Of a stretch of DNA of 64,000 nucleotides, positions 1 through 8,738 are shown piece after piece. The stretch comes from an uncultured delta proteobacterium. Its GTDB lineage: Bacteria; Myxococcota_A; Polyangia; Polyangiales; JAFGIB01. Position 1 is the stretch's first letter; each line of letters starts with the position of its first letter. Both the position numbers and the translations under genes were made by a program. The stretch covers positions 64,001-128,000 of the forward strand of contig CAVZVA010000012.1 in the NCBI GenBank assembly GCA_963778655.1, in the 5' to 3' direction. The notes under the pieces are model-generated. The model saw nothing but the letters and a program-made list of their open reading frames with translations, was not told the origin of the DNA and searched no databases.

Positions 1-1395
1 CGCGTAGGTCACGCTCAGGCGAGCGCGCCCCCAGGCCTTGCCCGCGAGCGAATAGCTCTTCCATCCGCTGGTGGCCGGCGCCTGGGCCGTCACCGCAATC
101 GCGTCCGCGGGCTCGACCGCGATCGACTGCACCGGCCACGGGTAGTCGAGGAACAGCTTGCCCTCGAGATCCATGGGCAGCACGTAGCCCGGGATCCCCA
201 CTGCGACCGGGCGCTGATTCGCGACCAGGACCTGCTCGATGTGGCGCACCTGGTCTGCGAGCACGAGCTGCAGCCCGTAGGTCTTCGACTCACCGGGCGC
301 GAGGTCGAGCTCGGTCGGCGGGTTCCAGGGCGTGGCGGCGTTCCATTCCTTGTCCGCATACGCTTTGGTATGGACCATCCACTCGAGGAAGCCCTCGAAG
401 GTCGTGCTGCGCTGGGTGAGATCGCTGAAGATCGCCACCGGGTCCTGGTTGCCGGACTTGGGCGGGCTCCAGATCGGATTGTAGGCCTCGAAGGGCGTGT
501 TGCCGTCCGGCAACACCAGCAACACGGGACCCTGACCATTGAGCCGCGTGACCTGCACGTAGCCGGCGTCGCGGCCGATATAGGGATCGGCGAACGAGCA
601 GGTGGCGTGGGCCTGCTCGAGCGTGCGGTTGGTGAGCACGTTGTTGAACACCATCGGCAGGCCGAGCGCTCCCACCTGCACCGCCGTGCTCGACTTGTTG
701 GTGAGCGTGAGGCGCATGATCAGCCGCCCGCCCTCCGTCACCCACGAGCGGGTGACGCTTAGCGGCACGCTCGCGGGCAATGAGGGGCCGAGGTCTGCGG
801 CGGCCATCACGCTGCCGGAGGCCGGCATCGCCGTCACCGCGGTGCGCGTGCTCCAGCTGTCGATGTTCTGCCAGTCGCCGCTGCTGCCCGTGCGAACCCG
901 CAGCGTGATATCGCCGAGCTGCACGTAGCCGGGCCCGGAGCGTGTGGGCCGCAAGTCCGCGGGCGTGAAGTCGAAGCCCGGCGCGACCTTGGGCTCGAGC
1001 GCTGCGATCGTCTGCGAGCTCTTGGTGAGCCGCACGCAGAGCTCGGCCGTCTCGAAATTGAGCGTGTCGGGCGGGGTGCTGCACGTGCCTTGGACCCAGG
1101 GCACGTCGGCTACCGGGCCGACGTTCACGGCCGCGTCGGTGCCGGCGTCGCTCGCGCTGCTACCGCTGCCGCCGCTACCGCCCGCCGTCGTTCCGCCGCT
1201 GCCGCTGGCTGCGGGCGCAGCTCCGCCGGAGCCGACGCCACCGCTGCCGGGAAGCGCGGCGGTGCCAGCGCCCGTGGTCCCCGCCGTGCCGGGCCCGCTC
1301 ATCGCGTGCCGCCCCGGGCTGGAGCAGCCAACGGCGGCCCCAACCAGGATTGCCACCAGCCCGCACAGCAATCCTCTGCGACCGAGCACACCCAT
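1..1395 (-). CDS. Lipoprotein with DUF5695-like putative glycoside hydrolase domain (3' end runs off the window; missing from the ORF track)
   Basis: Manual translation from ATG 1395 gives MGVLGRRGLLCGLVAILVGAAVGC (lipobox), then a Gly/Ala/Thr linker, then GFDFTPAD..LGDITLRVR..VFNN..SFADPYIGRDAGYVQVTRL..TFEGFLEW..PVAVGIPGYVLPMD. The frame is open to position 1. Confidence 0.8.
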   Translation of the reverse strand, partial: MGVLGRRGLLCGLVAILVGAAVGCSSPGRHAMSGPGTAGTTGAGTAALPGSGGVGSGGAAPAASGSGGTTAGGSGGSGSSASDAGTDAAVNVGPVADVPWVQGTCSTPPDTLNFETAELCVRLTKSSQTIAALEPKVAPGFDFTPADLRPTRSGPGYVQLGDITLRVRTGSSGDWQNIDSWSTRTAVTAMPASGSVMAAADLGPSLPASVPLSVTRSWVTEGGRLIMRLTLTNKSSTAVQVGALGLPMVFNNVLTNRTLEQAHATCSFADPYIGRDAGYVQVTRLNGQGPVLLVLPDGNTPFEAYNPIWSPPKSGNQDPVAIFSDLTQRSTTFEGFLEWMVHTKAYADKEWNAATPWNPPTELDLAPGESKTYGLQLVLADQVRHIEQVLVANQRPVAVGIPGYVLPMDLEGKLFLDYPWPVQSIAVEPADAIAVTAQAPATSGWKSYSLAGKAWGRARLSVTYA

Positions 1396-1584
1396 CCTAG
1401 GGACACAGTGACGCGAGCGTGGGGTCGCGGGTCAGGCAAATGCCTCCCTCAGCCAATACGCGTTACACACGATTGCGCGCGACCTGTGGCCAAAAGTTGG
1501 CTGAGCTAACTATCGCTCCCATAGGCACATCCGATTCTTGCGCTATAACGGGTTCACGGCTCTCCAGCGGAGGCGCACCCATCG

Positions 1585-3423
1585 ATGCAACCCGCCCGCG
1601 GACACTCGACTCGACCTGCGCTTCCGACCAACCGCGCGTGCTGGCCTGTGCTAGCAGGCTGCGGAAGAGCTCCGAGGGAACGGATTTCGAGTGAGGTGGG
1701 TCCGGATGCAAGGCGCGAGACCGATGGAATACTCGCCGTATTTCGAGGGCTCGCAACGCCGCAGCCGGGCCCAGATCGCTCGAAAGGCGCCTCGAGCGGG
1801 TTCTTCCGCAGCCTGCTAGTCGCGCTGCTGATCGGCGCGGTCGCGGGCTGTGCGAAGGACTCGAGCACTTCGCCCCGACCGGGCGCAAGCGTGAACGGGC
1901 CCGGCGCCGTGGGCGGTGCGACCGCTACCGGCGGGAGCGCAAGCCCCATTGCCAGCACGGGGGGCACCGGCGCACCGGTGGTGGGCGGGAGCGCCGGAGC
2001 TGCCATGGCTCCGAACGCCGCCAGCGGCGGGGCCGGGGGCGCGGCTGGAAGCACGATGGCAGCGGGCGGTACGGGGGGCTCGGTGTCGACGGCGCCGCCC
2101 GGGAGCTGCGCGATGAGCGCCGACCGGGTTCGCATCACGGAGGTCGACGCAGGCAGCACGGTGCTGACCGGAGATACCGACCAGACGTTCTTCATGCTCG
2201 CGATCTCGCCCATTCCCTCCGGCGGCTCGCGCCTGGCCTGGCTCAGCGGCGACAACAACGTCCACATCGCGCAGCTCGACGCCAACGACCAGCTCGTCGG
2301 GACACCGTTCACCCTGCGCGCCCACGATTTCAGCGACATCTACGCCGACGACAACGGTGGGGTCCTATTGCTGACCCGCGACGCCCAGGGGGGCGGAAAT
2401 CTCAACTGCGGCGACATCAACAACCTATGCGGGAGCTCCGCCAGCTATCCCACCACGTACGCCTGCTATGACATGTACATGGTGCGGTTCGACGGCAGCA
2501 CCGAGACTTGGGCGACCAAGCTCACCGATTCGAGCGCGACCCGCCCGCCCTACGGTACCAGCCCGATGGAGACGAATCGGACGACCTTCATCTGGGAGTG
2601 GTACGGGCACCACGGCCGCATCGCCTACGACGGATCGCACTGGGCCGGCTACTACGGCTCCTCGATCAGCGGCAGCTCGCAGTCCTTGACCGGAGCGAAT
2701 TGCGCTCAGTCCGACAGCACGCTCACGGTCGGCATCGACATTCACCAGGGCGACCAGATGCGGCTGCTCGATGCCAGCGGCGCGATTCAGATGGGCGGCT
2801 TCGATTGGGGCTGCAGCCACAGCTACTACGAGCGATTGGTCTACGACCCGGCTGCCAGCAAGTTCGTGCAGATTTGCGAGACCGACGCCTCGAACCAGCT
2901 GCTGTTTGCCCCGCCCTCCTACCTCGGCTCCACGCCGATCTACACGATCGACATGCAGCGAGAGATCAACAACTACAGCGATATCAGCGGCATCGTGGTG
3001 GGCACGCAGGGCGGCTACTGGGTTACCGTGAGCAAGTCTCGAGCCAATGCGGCCGGAATGGCGGACGTCCATCTGTTGCATTTCACGACCGGCGCGCCGG
3101 ACAAGGACGTGATCATCTCGAACGACGCCACGCTCAATTGCCGGTCCAATCACCTGGCCAAGTACGGCAGCACGCGGCTGCTGGCGGCATGGGAGACCGC
3201 GAGCGCTGCCAACGACTTCAGCGCGCTGACCACCGGCAAGAAGTTCTACGTTCAGACGTACAGCGCTGCGACCGGCGAAGCCGAGGGCGACCCGTTGCCG
3301 GTGGACATCAACGGGAACCGATACTACGCGTTCAAGGACTATCCCGACGGCAGCGTGGCCTACCCGACGGCCGGCTCGAGCAATACCAAGATCAAGATCT
3401 TGCGCGTCCTGCCCTGCAACTGA
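1585..3423 (+). CDS. Secreted lipoprotein of unknown function (Gly-rich linker plus Cys-containing globular domain); start uncertain, about 1696-1730
   Basis: LLVALLIGAVAGC lipobox, GTGG-rich linker, then a roughly 430-aa domain (HHGRIAYDG, DIHQGD, DWGCSHS) with strong GC3 codon bias. Confidence 0.75.
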   Translation: MQPARGHSTRPALPTNRACWPVLAGCGRAPRERISSEVGPDARRETDGILAVFRGLATPQPGPDRSKGASSGFFRSLLVALLIGAVAGCAKDSSTSPRPGASVNGPGAVGGATATGGSASPIASTGGTGAPVVGGSAGAAMAPNAASGGAGGAAGSTMAAGGTGGSVSTAPPGSCAMSADRVRITEVDAGSTVLTGDTDQTFFMLAISPIPSGGSRLAWLSGDNNVHIAQLDANDQLVGTPFTLRAHDFSDIYADDNGGVLLLTRDAQGGGNLNCGDINNLCGSSASYPTTYACYDMYMVRFDGSTETWATKLTDSSATRPPYGTSPMETNRTTFIWEWYGHHGRIAYDGSHWAGYYGSSISGSSQSLTGANCAQSDSTLTVGIDIHQGDQMRLLDASGAIQMGGFDWGCSHSYYERLVYDPAASKFVQICETDASNQLLFAPPSYLGSTPIYTIDMQREINNYSDISGIVVGTQGGYWVTVSKSRANAAGMADVHLLHFTTGAPDKDVIISNDATLNCRSNHLAKYGSTRLLAAWETASAANDFSALTTGKKFYVQTYSAATGEAEGDPLPVDINGNRYYAFKDYPDGSVAYPTAGSSNTKIKILRVLPCN

Positions 3424-3548
3424 TCGAACTCAGTCGTTGCCGAGAAAACGAGGCCTGACTCCGCCCACCAGCGGCGGGCCAGTAGGGGGACGGGGACCCC
3501 AAGCCAGGGGACACCGACAAGCCCGGGGCATGTTAGCCTGCGCGCGAA

Positions 3549-4541
3549 ATGCAGGTGTCGATCCTAATGGTTCGCGCGCTGATCGGGGTGATCGAGCGCG
3601 CGGGTGCCAGCCGCGGTCGGTTCCTCAGCCTGGCCGGGATCGATCCGCAGCTGATCGAGGACCGCGACGCGCGACTGCGGGCGATCGACTACGTGCGTGC
3701 GATCGACGCGGCGCTCACCGTCTCGGGCGACCCGGCGTTCGGGCTGCACATGGGGGAGCAGGTGCGTCCGGTCATGTTTGACGTGATCGGGCCCTTGGCC
3801 GAGCACGCCGCGACGCTGCGTCAGAGCGTCGAGACGATCGTGCGCTATGCGCGGCTGCTGGCCGAGGGGTACGAGCCGGAGCTGCATGAGCACGGCGAGG
3901 CCGCCGCGATCCGCTTTCCGTCGCTGAGCGGGAACGTCGCCGCAGTCCGGGTCACGGCCGAGTTCGTCATGACCGCGCTGCTGTCGACGCTGCCCCTGTT
4001 CGCCGGCGCTGGGGCTCGGCCTACGCGGGTGAGCTTCGCCTACGAGGCGCCGCCCTATGTCGCCGAGTACGCGCGCATCTTCGACGGCGTCGCCTGCTTC
4101 GGGCGCGATTTCACCCAGATGGAGCTCCCGCGCGCATGGTTGGACAAGCCGCAGCCGTACCGCAGCCCGGAGCTCTACGCGCTGCTGCAGACGCAAGCCG
4201 ATCGCACGCTCGGGCGGCTCGAACGCGATGCGCCGCTGAAAGCGCGCATCGAACAGGTGCTGGCGAAGGCCGGGCCGCGCCAGCCGACGATGGACGAAGC
4301 GGCCCGCGAGCTGGACATGAGCGCGCGCTCGTTGCGCCGCCGCATGCTTGCCGAAGGCGTGAGCTACGGCGAGCTGGTCACGCGAAATCGGATGAACGCC
4401 GCCAAACGCATGCTCGAGCGTCCGGGCGCGTCGATCCAGGAGACCGCGTATGCCATGGGCTTCGCGACTCCGGCCGCTTTCCATCGCGCCTTCAAGCGCT
4501 GGACCGGGATGACGCCCAAGCAGTACCAAGAGTCCTTCTGA
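3549..4541 (+). CDS. AraC-family transcriptional regulator (VirS/OruR-like)
   Basis: N-terminal GDPAFGLHMG ligand domain and C-terminal HTH MSARSLRR...AYAMGFATPAAFHRAFKRWTGMTPKQY. Confidence 0.93.
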   Translation: MQVSILMVRALIGVIERAGASRGRFLSLAGIDPQLIEDRDARLRAIDYVRAIDAALTVSGDPAFGLHMGEQVRPVMFDVIGPLAEHAATLRQSVETIVRYARLLAEGYEPELHEHGEAAAIRFPSLSGNVAAVRVTAEFVMTALLSTLPLFAGAGARPTRVSFAYEAPPYVAEYARIFDGVACFGRDFTQMELPRAWLDKPQPYRSPELYALLQTQADRTLGRLERDAPLKARIEQVLAKAGPRQPTMDEAARELDMSARSLRRRMLAEGVSYGELVTRNRMNAAKRMLERPGASIQETAYAMGFATPAAFHRAFKRWTGMTPKQYQESF

Positions 4542-4667
4542 CGCGGGGCACCGTTGCTGTCCCGTGCGGCCAGCCGCTGCCAAAGGGCGCCCGGTCTGAG
4601 CGATGGCTCGGGCCGCGGCGGGTAAGACTTGGCCGCGATTGAGCATTGGAGAACAACGCGCTCAGCG

Positions 4668-4838
4668 CTAGAGCACCGAACATATTGAAACGTGCGCGAA
4701 GTCGGGGTCATGGCGGGATGCAGGGTGCGGGCGGGAGCCCGAAGGCGTAGTCCATCCTACGTCGAGCGGGGAGCGCGCGTGCCATGCGCCCGCGAGGGCC
4801 CCGAAATCGTGCGTGTTTCGATATGTTCGGTGCTCTAG
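4668..4838. mobile_element. MITE-like element, 171 bp, with about 42-bp imperfect terminal inverted repeats bounded by CTAG
   Basis: Left end CTAGAGCACCGAACATATTGAAACGTGCGCGAAGTCGGGGTC. Reverse complement of the right end CTAGAGCACCGAACATATCGAAACACGCACGATTTCGGGGCC. Internal hairpin CGTAG-TCCATC-CTACG. Confidence 0.75.
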
Positions 4839-4859
4839 GGATGTGTCGAGGTGTGCTGA

Positions 4860-6131
4860 ATGTCCGAGCGCTCCAAACCGACTTCCGCCATCGCGTGCGC
4901 CGCGCAGGTCGCGCGCTGGCTGGCCGCGCTCTCGGTCGTGCTGGGATGCTCTGGCACGCCGCGTGTGGCGTCGAAGGCCAAGGGCGGAGCTGCCGGCGAC
5001 GCCGCGGCCGCGGGGGCGAGCGCCGCGGGCGAGAGCGGCGACGGCGGCGCAGCCCGTGGCGCCAATGACGGCGGCGGCAGCAGCGCCTCGGCCATGGGCG
5101 GCTCGCATGGAACGCAGCCGGCCGGCGGCGGCATCACGGACGGCGGCGCGGCGGCAAGCGACGCGGCCAGCGCGGCCGGCGCGATGGTCGCAGCGGACGG
5201 CGCCGCCTCGCCGCCGCACGGCACCGGGCCTGGCGACTGGGGGCCCGGCGACTATCCACCGGACATCACCTCGGACTCCTATCTCGAGATCTCCGGTGTC
5301 CCTGGCCAGGGCGACTATGTGCGCCAATACAAGGTGCACGTGCCGCCAAGCTATCAGCCCGACGTGCCCACGCCGGTCGTGTTCTGCATTCACGGCTTGG
5401 GCCAGGATGCCGTGCTTTTCTGCGTGACCGGCGCCGCGATGGACGCGAAGTCGGATGAAGCCGGCTTCATCCTGGTGATGCCCAACGGCTATCAGAACAG
5501 CTGGAACGCCGGCACCTGCTGCGGGGGCGCCAGCTCGGAGCAACTCGACGACGTCGCGTTGTTTCGCGCCATCTTCGACGAAGTCGGCAAGCACGTGAAC
5601 ATCGACCTCGATCGCGTGTACGCAACCGGCCTGTCGAACGGCGGATATATGAGCTACCGCCTGGCGTGCGACGCGGCCGACATCTTCACCGCGGTCGCGC
5701 CCGGCGCCGGCGCGATCGGCATCAACGACATCGGCGGCGGCACCAACGCGAGCTCCGATTTCGTCGAGTGCAAGCCGAGTCGGCCCGTCTCCGTGCTCGA
5801 CATTCACGGCACGGACGACCCGCTCATACCGTATTCGTTGCAAGCGCAGAGCCTCAGCCTCATGGCGACGAACAACGGGTGCACGACCAGCACCAGCCCC
5901 GCGTCGCAGCCGCCCAGCGGGGGCGACACCACCTGCGTCACCTACGAGGGCTGCGCGAGCGGGACCGAGCTCACCGGTTGCACGATCCAGGGCGGGGGCC
6001 ATTGCTGGTTCGGCAGCCCCGATTGCGGCACCGGCGGTGGCGACATCGGACTGGCCATCGTCGGCGCGAACAGCGACACGATGAAGAACACCGACGCGGT
6101 CTGGGACTTCTTCAAGCGTCTGTCCCGCTAA
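4860..6131 (+). CDS. Lipoprotein esterase, PHB-depolymerase/LpqP-like (CE1-type) alpha/beta hydrolase
   Basis: VVLGC lipobox, Gly/Ala linker, HGLG, SWNAGTCCG, DDVA, nucleophile GLSNGG, HGTDDPLIPY, GGGHCWFG. Confidence 0.88.
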   Translation: MSERSKPTSAIACAAQVARWLAALSVVLGCSGTPRVASKAKGGAAGDAAAAGASAAGESGDGGAARGANDGGGSSASAMGGSHGTQPAGGGITDGGAAASDAASAAGAMVAADGAASPPHGTGPGDWGPGDYPPDITSDSYLEISGVPGQGDYVRQYKVHVPPSYQPDVPTPVVFCIHGLGQDAVLFCVTGAAMDAKSDEAGFILVMPNGYQNSWNAGTCCGGASSEQLDDVALFRAIFDEVGKHVNIDLDRVYATGLSNGGYMSYRLACDAADIFTAVAPGAGAIGINDIGGGTNASSDFVECKPSRPVSVLDIHGTDDPLIPYSLQAQSLSLMATNNGCTTSTSPASQPPSGGDTTCVTYEGCASGTELTGCTIQGGGHCWFGSPDCGTGGGDIGLAIVGANSDTMKNTDAVWDFFKRLSR

Positions 6132-6334
6132 GAACGCCGGCGCGCCCCTCGGCTGCCCGTGATCAGCGCGGCCCCCAGGTAGGATCCGGCAAGCCAGGTA
6201 GCCCGCGCCGTCCCTTCAGCGCCACGGTAGCGTAGCTGCAGCGGCGGCATCAACGGCCACCCGGTTCAGGCCGGTCGTGGCCCCGCCGCGAGCCGAGTTG
6301 TGGGATAGTCGTGCCTCGCGGACGAGGTGAGCGC

Positions 6335-7087
6335 ATGGAATTGGCTCGATGGATCGGATTGGCAGCGGCGCTGGGCGCGTGCACGGATGTCGCGGCGCCG
6401 CCCGGGTCCGCAGGCCAGGGCGGCAACGCCGGCGTCTCGCAAGGCTCGATGACGCCGGCAGGCAGCGGCGCCGCGGACGCCGCCGCCGGCATGGCGCCGG
6501 CCGCGATGATGTCGGGCGCCGGGGGCGGCTCCACGCCGGTTGCGACCACCTCCGGTAGCGGCGGTGTTGGAGGCGACGCCGGGATGCGCCGCGACGCGGC
6601 GGTGTCGGGTACGGGCGGCGCCGCGGCCGACAGCGGGAGCGCGGTTGACAGCGGGAGCGCGGCCGATTGCAGCGCTGCCGGCCTGGTGTGGAGGACGGCG
6701 CAGAAGACCCACTACACGTCGTATCCGGACCCGGGCAGCCAGGAGTGCATCCAATTCAATGGATGCATGTGGGAGGGTCAGTTTGCGGCTTGCGACTCCA
6801 AGCAGACCGAGGCTTGGGTTGCGGCGCACAACGTCGTCGCCGCTTTCCCCGATTTCGCCTCGCTCGAGCTCCACGATCTGTGCTTGCGCTCCGGGGCCAA
6901 CACGATCGTGGTAACCGTCTTGGACACCTGCGGAGACAGCGATTGCGGCGGCTGCTGCACCCAGAACCAACGCGACGCCGATGAGCTGATCGACATCGAG
7001 AGCTACACGGACCAGCGCTGGGGAGTGCAGGATGGCCGGATCGAATGGGCAGATCTGGGTCCGACCCGAACCTCGGGCTGTAACTGA
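6335..7087 (+). CDS. Lipoprotein with Cys-rich double-psi beta-barrel (RlpA/expansin/barwin-like) domain
   Basis: GAGGT Shine-Dalgarno (SD) before ATG 6335, ALGAC lipobox, linker, then THY...VVAA...IVVTVLDTC..C...IDI, the typical DPBB pattern. Confidence 0.65.
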   Translation: MELARWIGLAAALGACTDVAAPPGSAGQGGNAGVSQGSMTPAGSGAADAAAGMAPAAMMSGAGGGSTPVATTSGSGGVGGDAGMRRDAAVSGTGGAAADSGSAVDSGSAADCSAAGLVWRTAQKTHYTSYPDPGSQECIQFNGCMWEGQFAACDSKQTEAWVAAHNVVAAFPDFASLELHDLCLRSGANTIVVTVLDTCGDSDCGGCCTQNQRDADELIDIESYTDQRWGVQDGRIEWADLGPTRTSGCN

Positions 7088-7097
7088 GAGCCGCCGC

Positions 7098-8510
7098 TCA
7101 GCGCGGCCCTGCCTGGGCCTGGATCGCCGCCTGAAGCCCGGTCGTGGCGTCGAGCGTATAGGTATACGGCGGGGTAAACACACTTCCGGCACGCAGGTCG
7201 ACGGGGGTAGTGCCCGAGGTGCCCGTATACACGTTTCCGACGAACTTGATCGCGCTGTTGCCGTCCGAGTAGCTGGTGGTGTTGATGGGGGTCTTCACCC
7301 CGATGAAGACGTTGTTCTCGGCCAGGATGTTCGCGGACACGCCGACCCCGATGCAGTAGTCGTTGCCTTGCGACGTATACAGGTTGTCGAACAGGTGCAC
7401 CTGCCCGAAGCGCACGCGCGGCATGCGTTCGACCACGTTGTCGGCCCACCAGTCGTGGTGGAAGGTGATGCGCAAGTGCCCGGTGTCCTCGGAGGCGTTG
7501 CTGTCACTGTGTCCGATCAGATTCGAGAACTGATGGCCGCCGGAAGCACCGGCCGGGTCGGTGCGACGCCCCGAGTAGTGGAACTTGGTGTAGGAGATGG
7601 TCACGTAGTCGACGGCGTGGGTGAGGTCGAGGTTCCCATCCGAGCCGTCGGAGATGTCGTCGTGATCGAACCACAGGTGGTGCGCGGCGCCCTGTACGGT
7701 GATGGCGTCGTCACCGGCTGAGCAGTCGCTGGGATGGTCCGTGCAGTTGTAGCCCACGACGGTCAGGTTGCGGATGATCACGTTGGCGCTCTTGTTGAGC
7801 GAGATGTGGCCCTGCAAGGTCGCGCCATCGCATCCGATCAGCGTCTTGTTGGAGCCGATCGTCACGCTGCCGCTGATCGTCCCGTGCAGCTCGATGACCG
7901 TCTTGTCGGTGCCCTTGACCGCGTTCTGCAGCGCGCTCAAGTCGCTCACCTCGACCATCGTGCCGCCGTCGCCCCCGGTGGTGGATGCTCCGTTGTCCAT
8001 CACCGAGGCCCAGCCGACCAGCGCGCTGGGCGCGCCCGCGCAGGTGCCGTCCGGCGCAGGCGCGCCGGCCGCGCCGCCGGTGCCGCCGGTGCCGCCCGTG
8101 CCACCGCTGCCGCCAGCGCCGCCGGTCGCGCCGCTGCCGCCCGCACCCCCGCTGCCCGCGCCGGCGACGTCGCCGCCACCCGTCCCGCCCGCGCCGGCGC
8201 CCGCACCGCCTGCGCCGCCCGTGCCCACGGTCGAGCCGCCGGTGCCGCCGGTCGGCTGCCCGGTGCTCACGCTCGGCGGCACCATGCCGCTGCTGCCCCC
8301 GCTACCCAGCGTCGAGCCTTCGGTTCCGGGGCCGCCCGTTCCGGTGAAGCCAGGACCTGTTGCCGCCGCGCCTGCCGCCCCGCCGCCCGTCGAGCTGCCG
8401 CTGCAGCCCAGGCCGCCGAGCGCCAAGCCGATTGCTACCAGGACCCAGCGAGACGCCCAATTCGTGGGCGTTGGAATGGACCCGGATCGATCCACGCCAG
8501 TGCTTCTCAT
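7098..8510 (-). CDS. Pectate lyase (PL1) lipoprotein
   Basis: GLGC lipobox, long GTGG linker, TTGGDGG, SNKTLIG, NVIIRNL, DAI, WFDH, DGNLD, RMPRVRFGQVHLFDN. Confidence 0.92.
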   Translation of the reverse strand: MRSTGVDRSGSIPTPTNWASRWVLVAIGLALGGLGCSGSSTGGGAAGAAATGPGFTGTGGPGTEGSTLGSGGSSGMVPPSVSTGQPTGGTGGSTVGTGGAGGAGAGAGGTGGGDVAGAGSGGAGGSGATGGAGGSGGTGGTGGTGGAAGAPAPDGTCAGAPSALVGWASVMDNGASTTGGDGGTMVEVSDLSALQNAVKGTDKTVIELHGTISGSVTIGSNKTLIGCDGATLQGHISLNKSANVIIRNLTVVGYNCTDHPSDCSAGDDAITVQGAAHHLWFDHDDISDGSDGNLDLTHAVDYVTISYTKFHYSGRRTDPAGASGGHQFSNLIGHSDSNASEDTGHLRITFHHDWWADNVVERMPRVRFGQVHLFDNLYTSQGNDYCIGVGVSANILAENNVFIGVKTPINTTSYSDGNSAIKFVGNVYTGTSGTTPVDLRAGSVFTPPYTYTLDATTGLQAAIQAQAGPR

Positions 8511-8738
8511 GCCAGACAAGTGTGCGATTGATCGCCGGGCGGGTCACCGATTTGGCGCCTTGTCGTCTCCACGGGGGGCGCTCCGCGAGCGCCGCGGCAG
8601 TCGGGGGGCATTCGCGCCGCGTTGCCGTGCGCTGCGCCTCCCGGCGCGCATGCGTCCACGGACCGGGGCGCCTGCCGAGCGGGCCGGTCCGTGGCCGAGG
8701 GCATGGCGGCGGGCGGAGGGCGCCGGCAGCCCGCGCGG

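Noticed and set aside
6629..6664. 18-bp tandem repeat and other GGCACCGGCGGC-type repeats
   Set aside because: In-frame low-complexity linker codons, with no constant repeat plus unique spacers, so not CRISPR.
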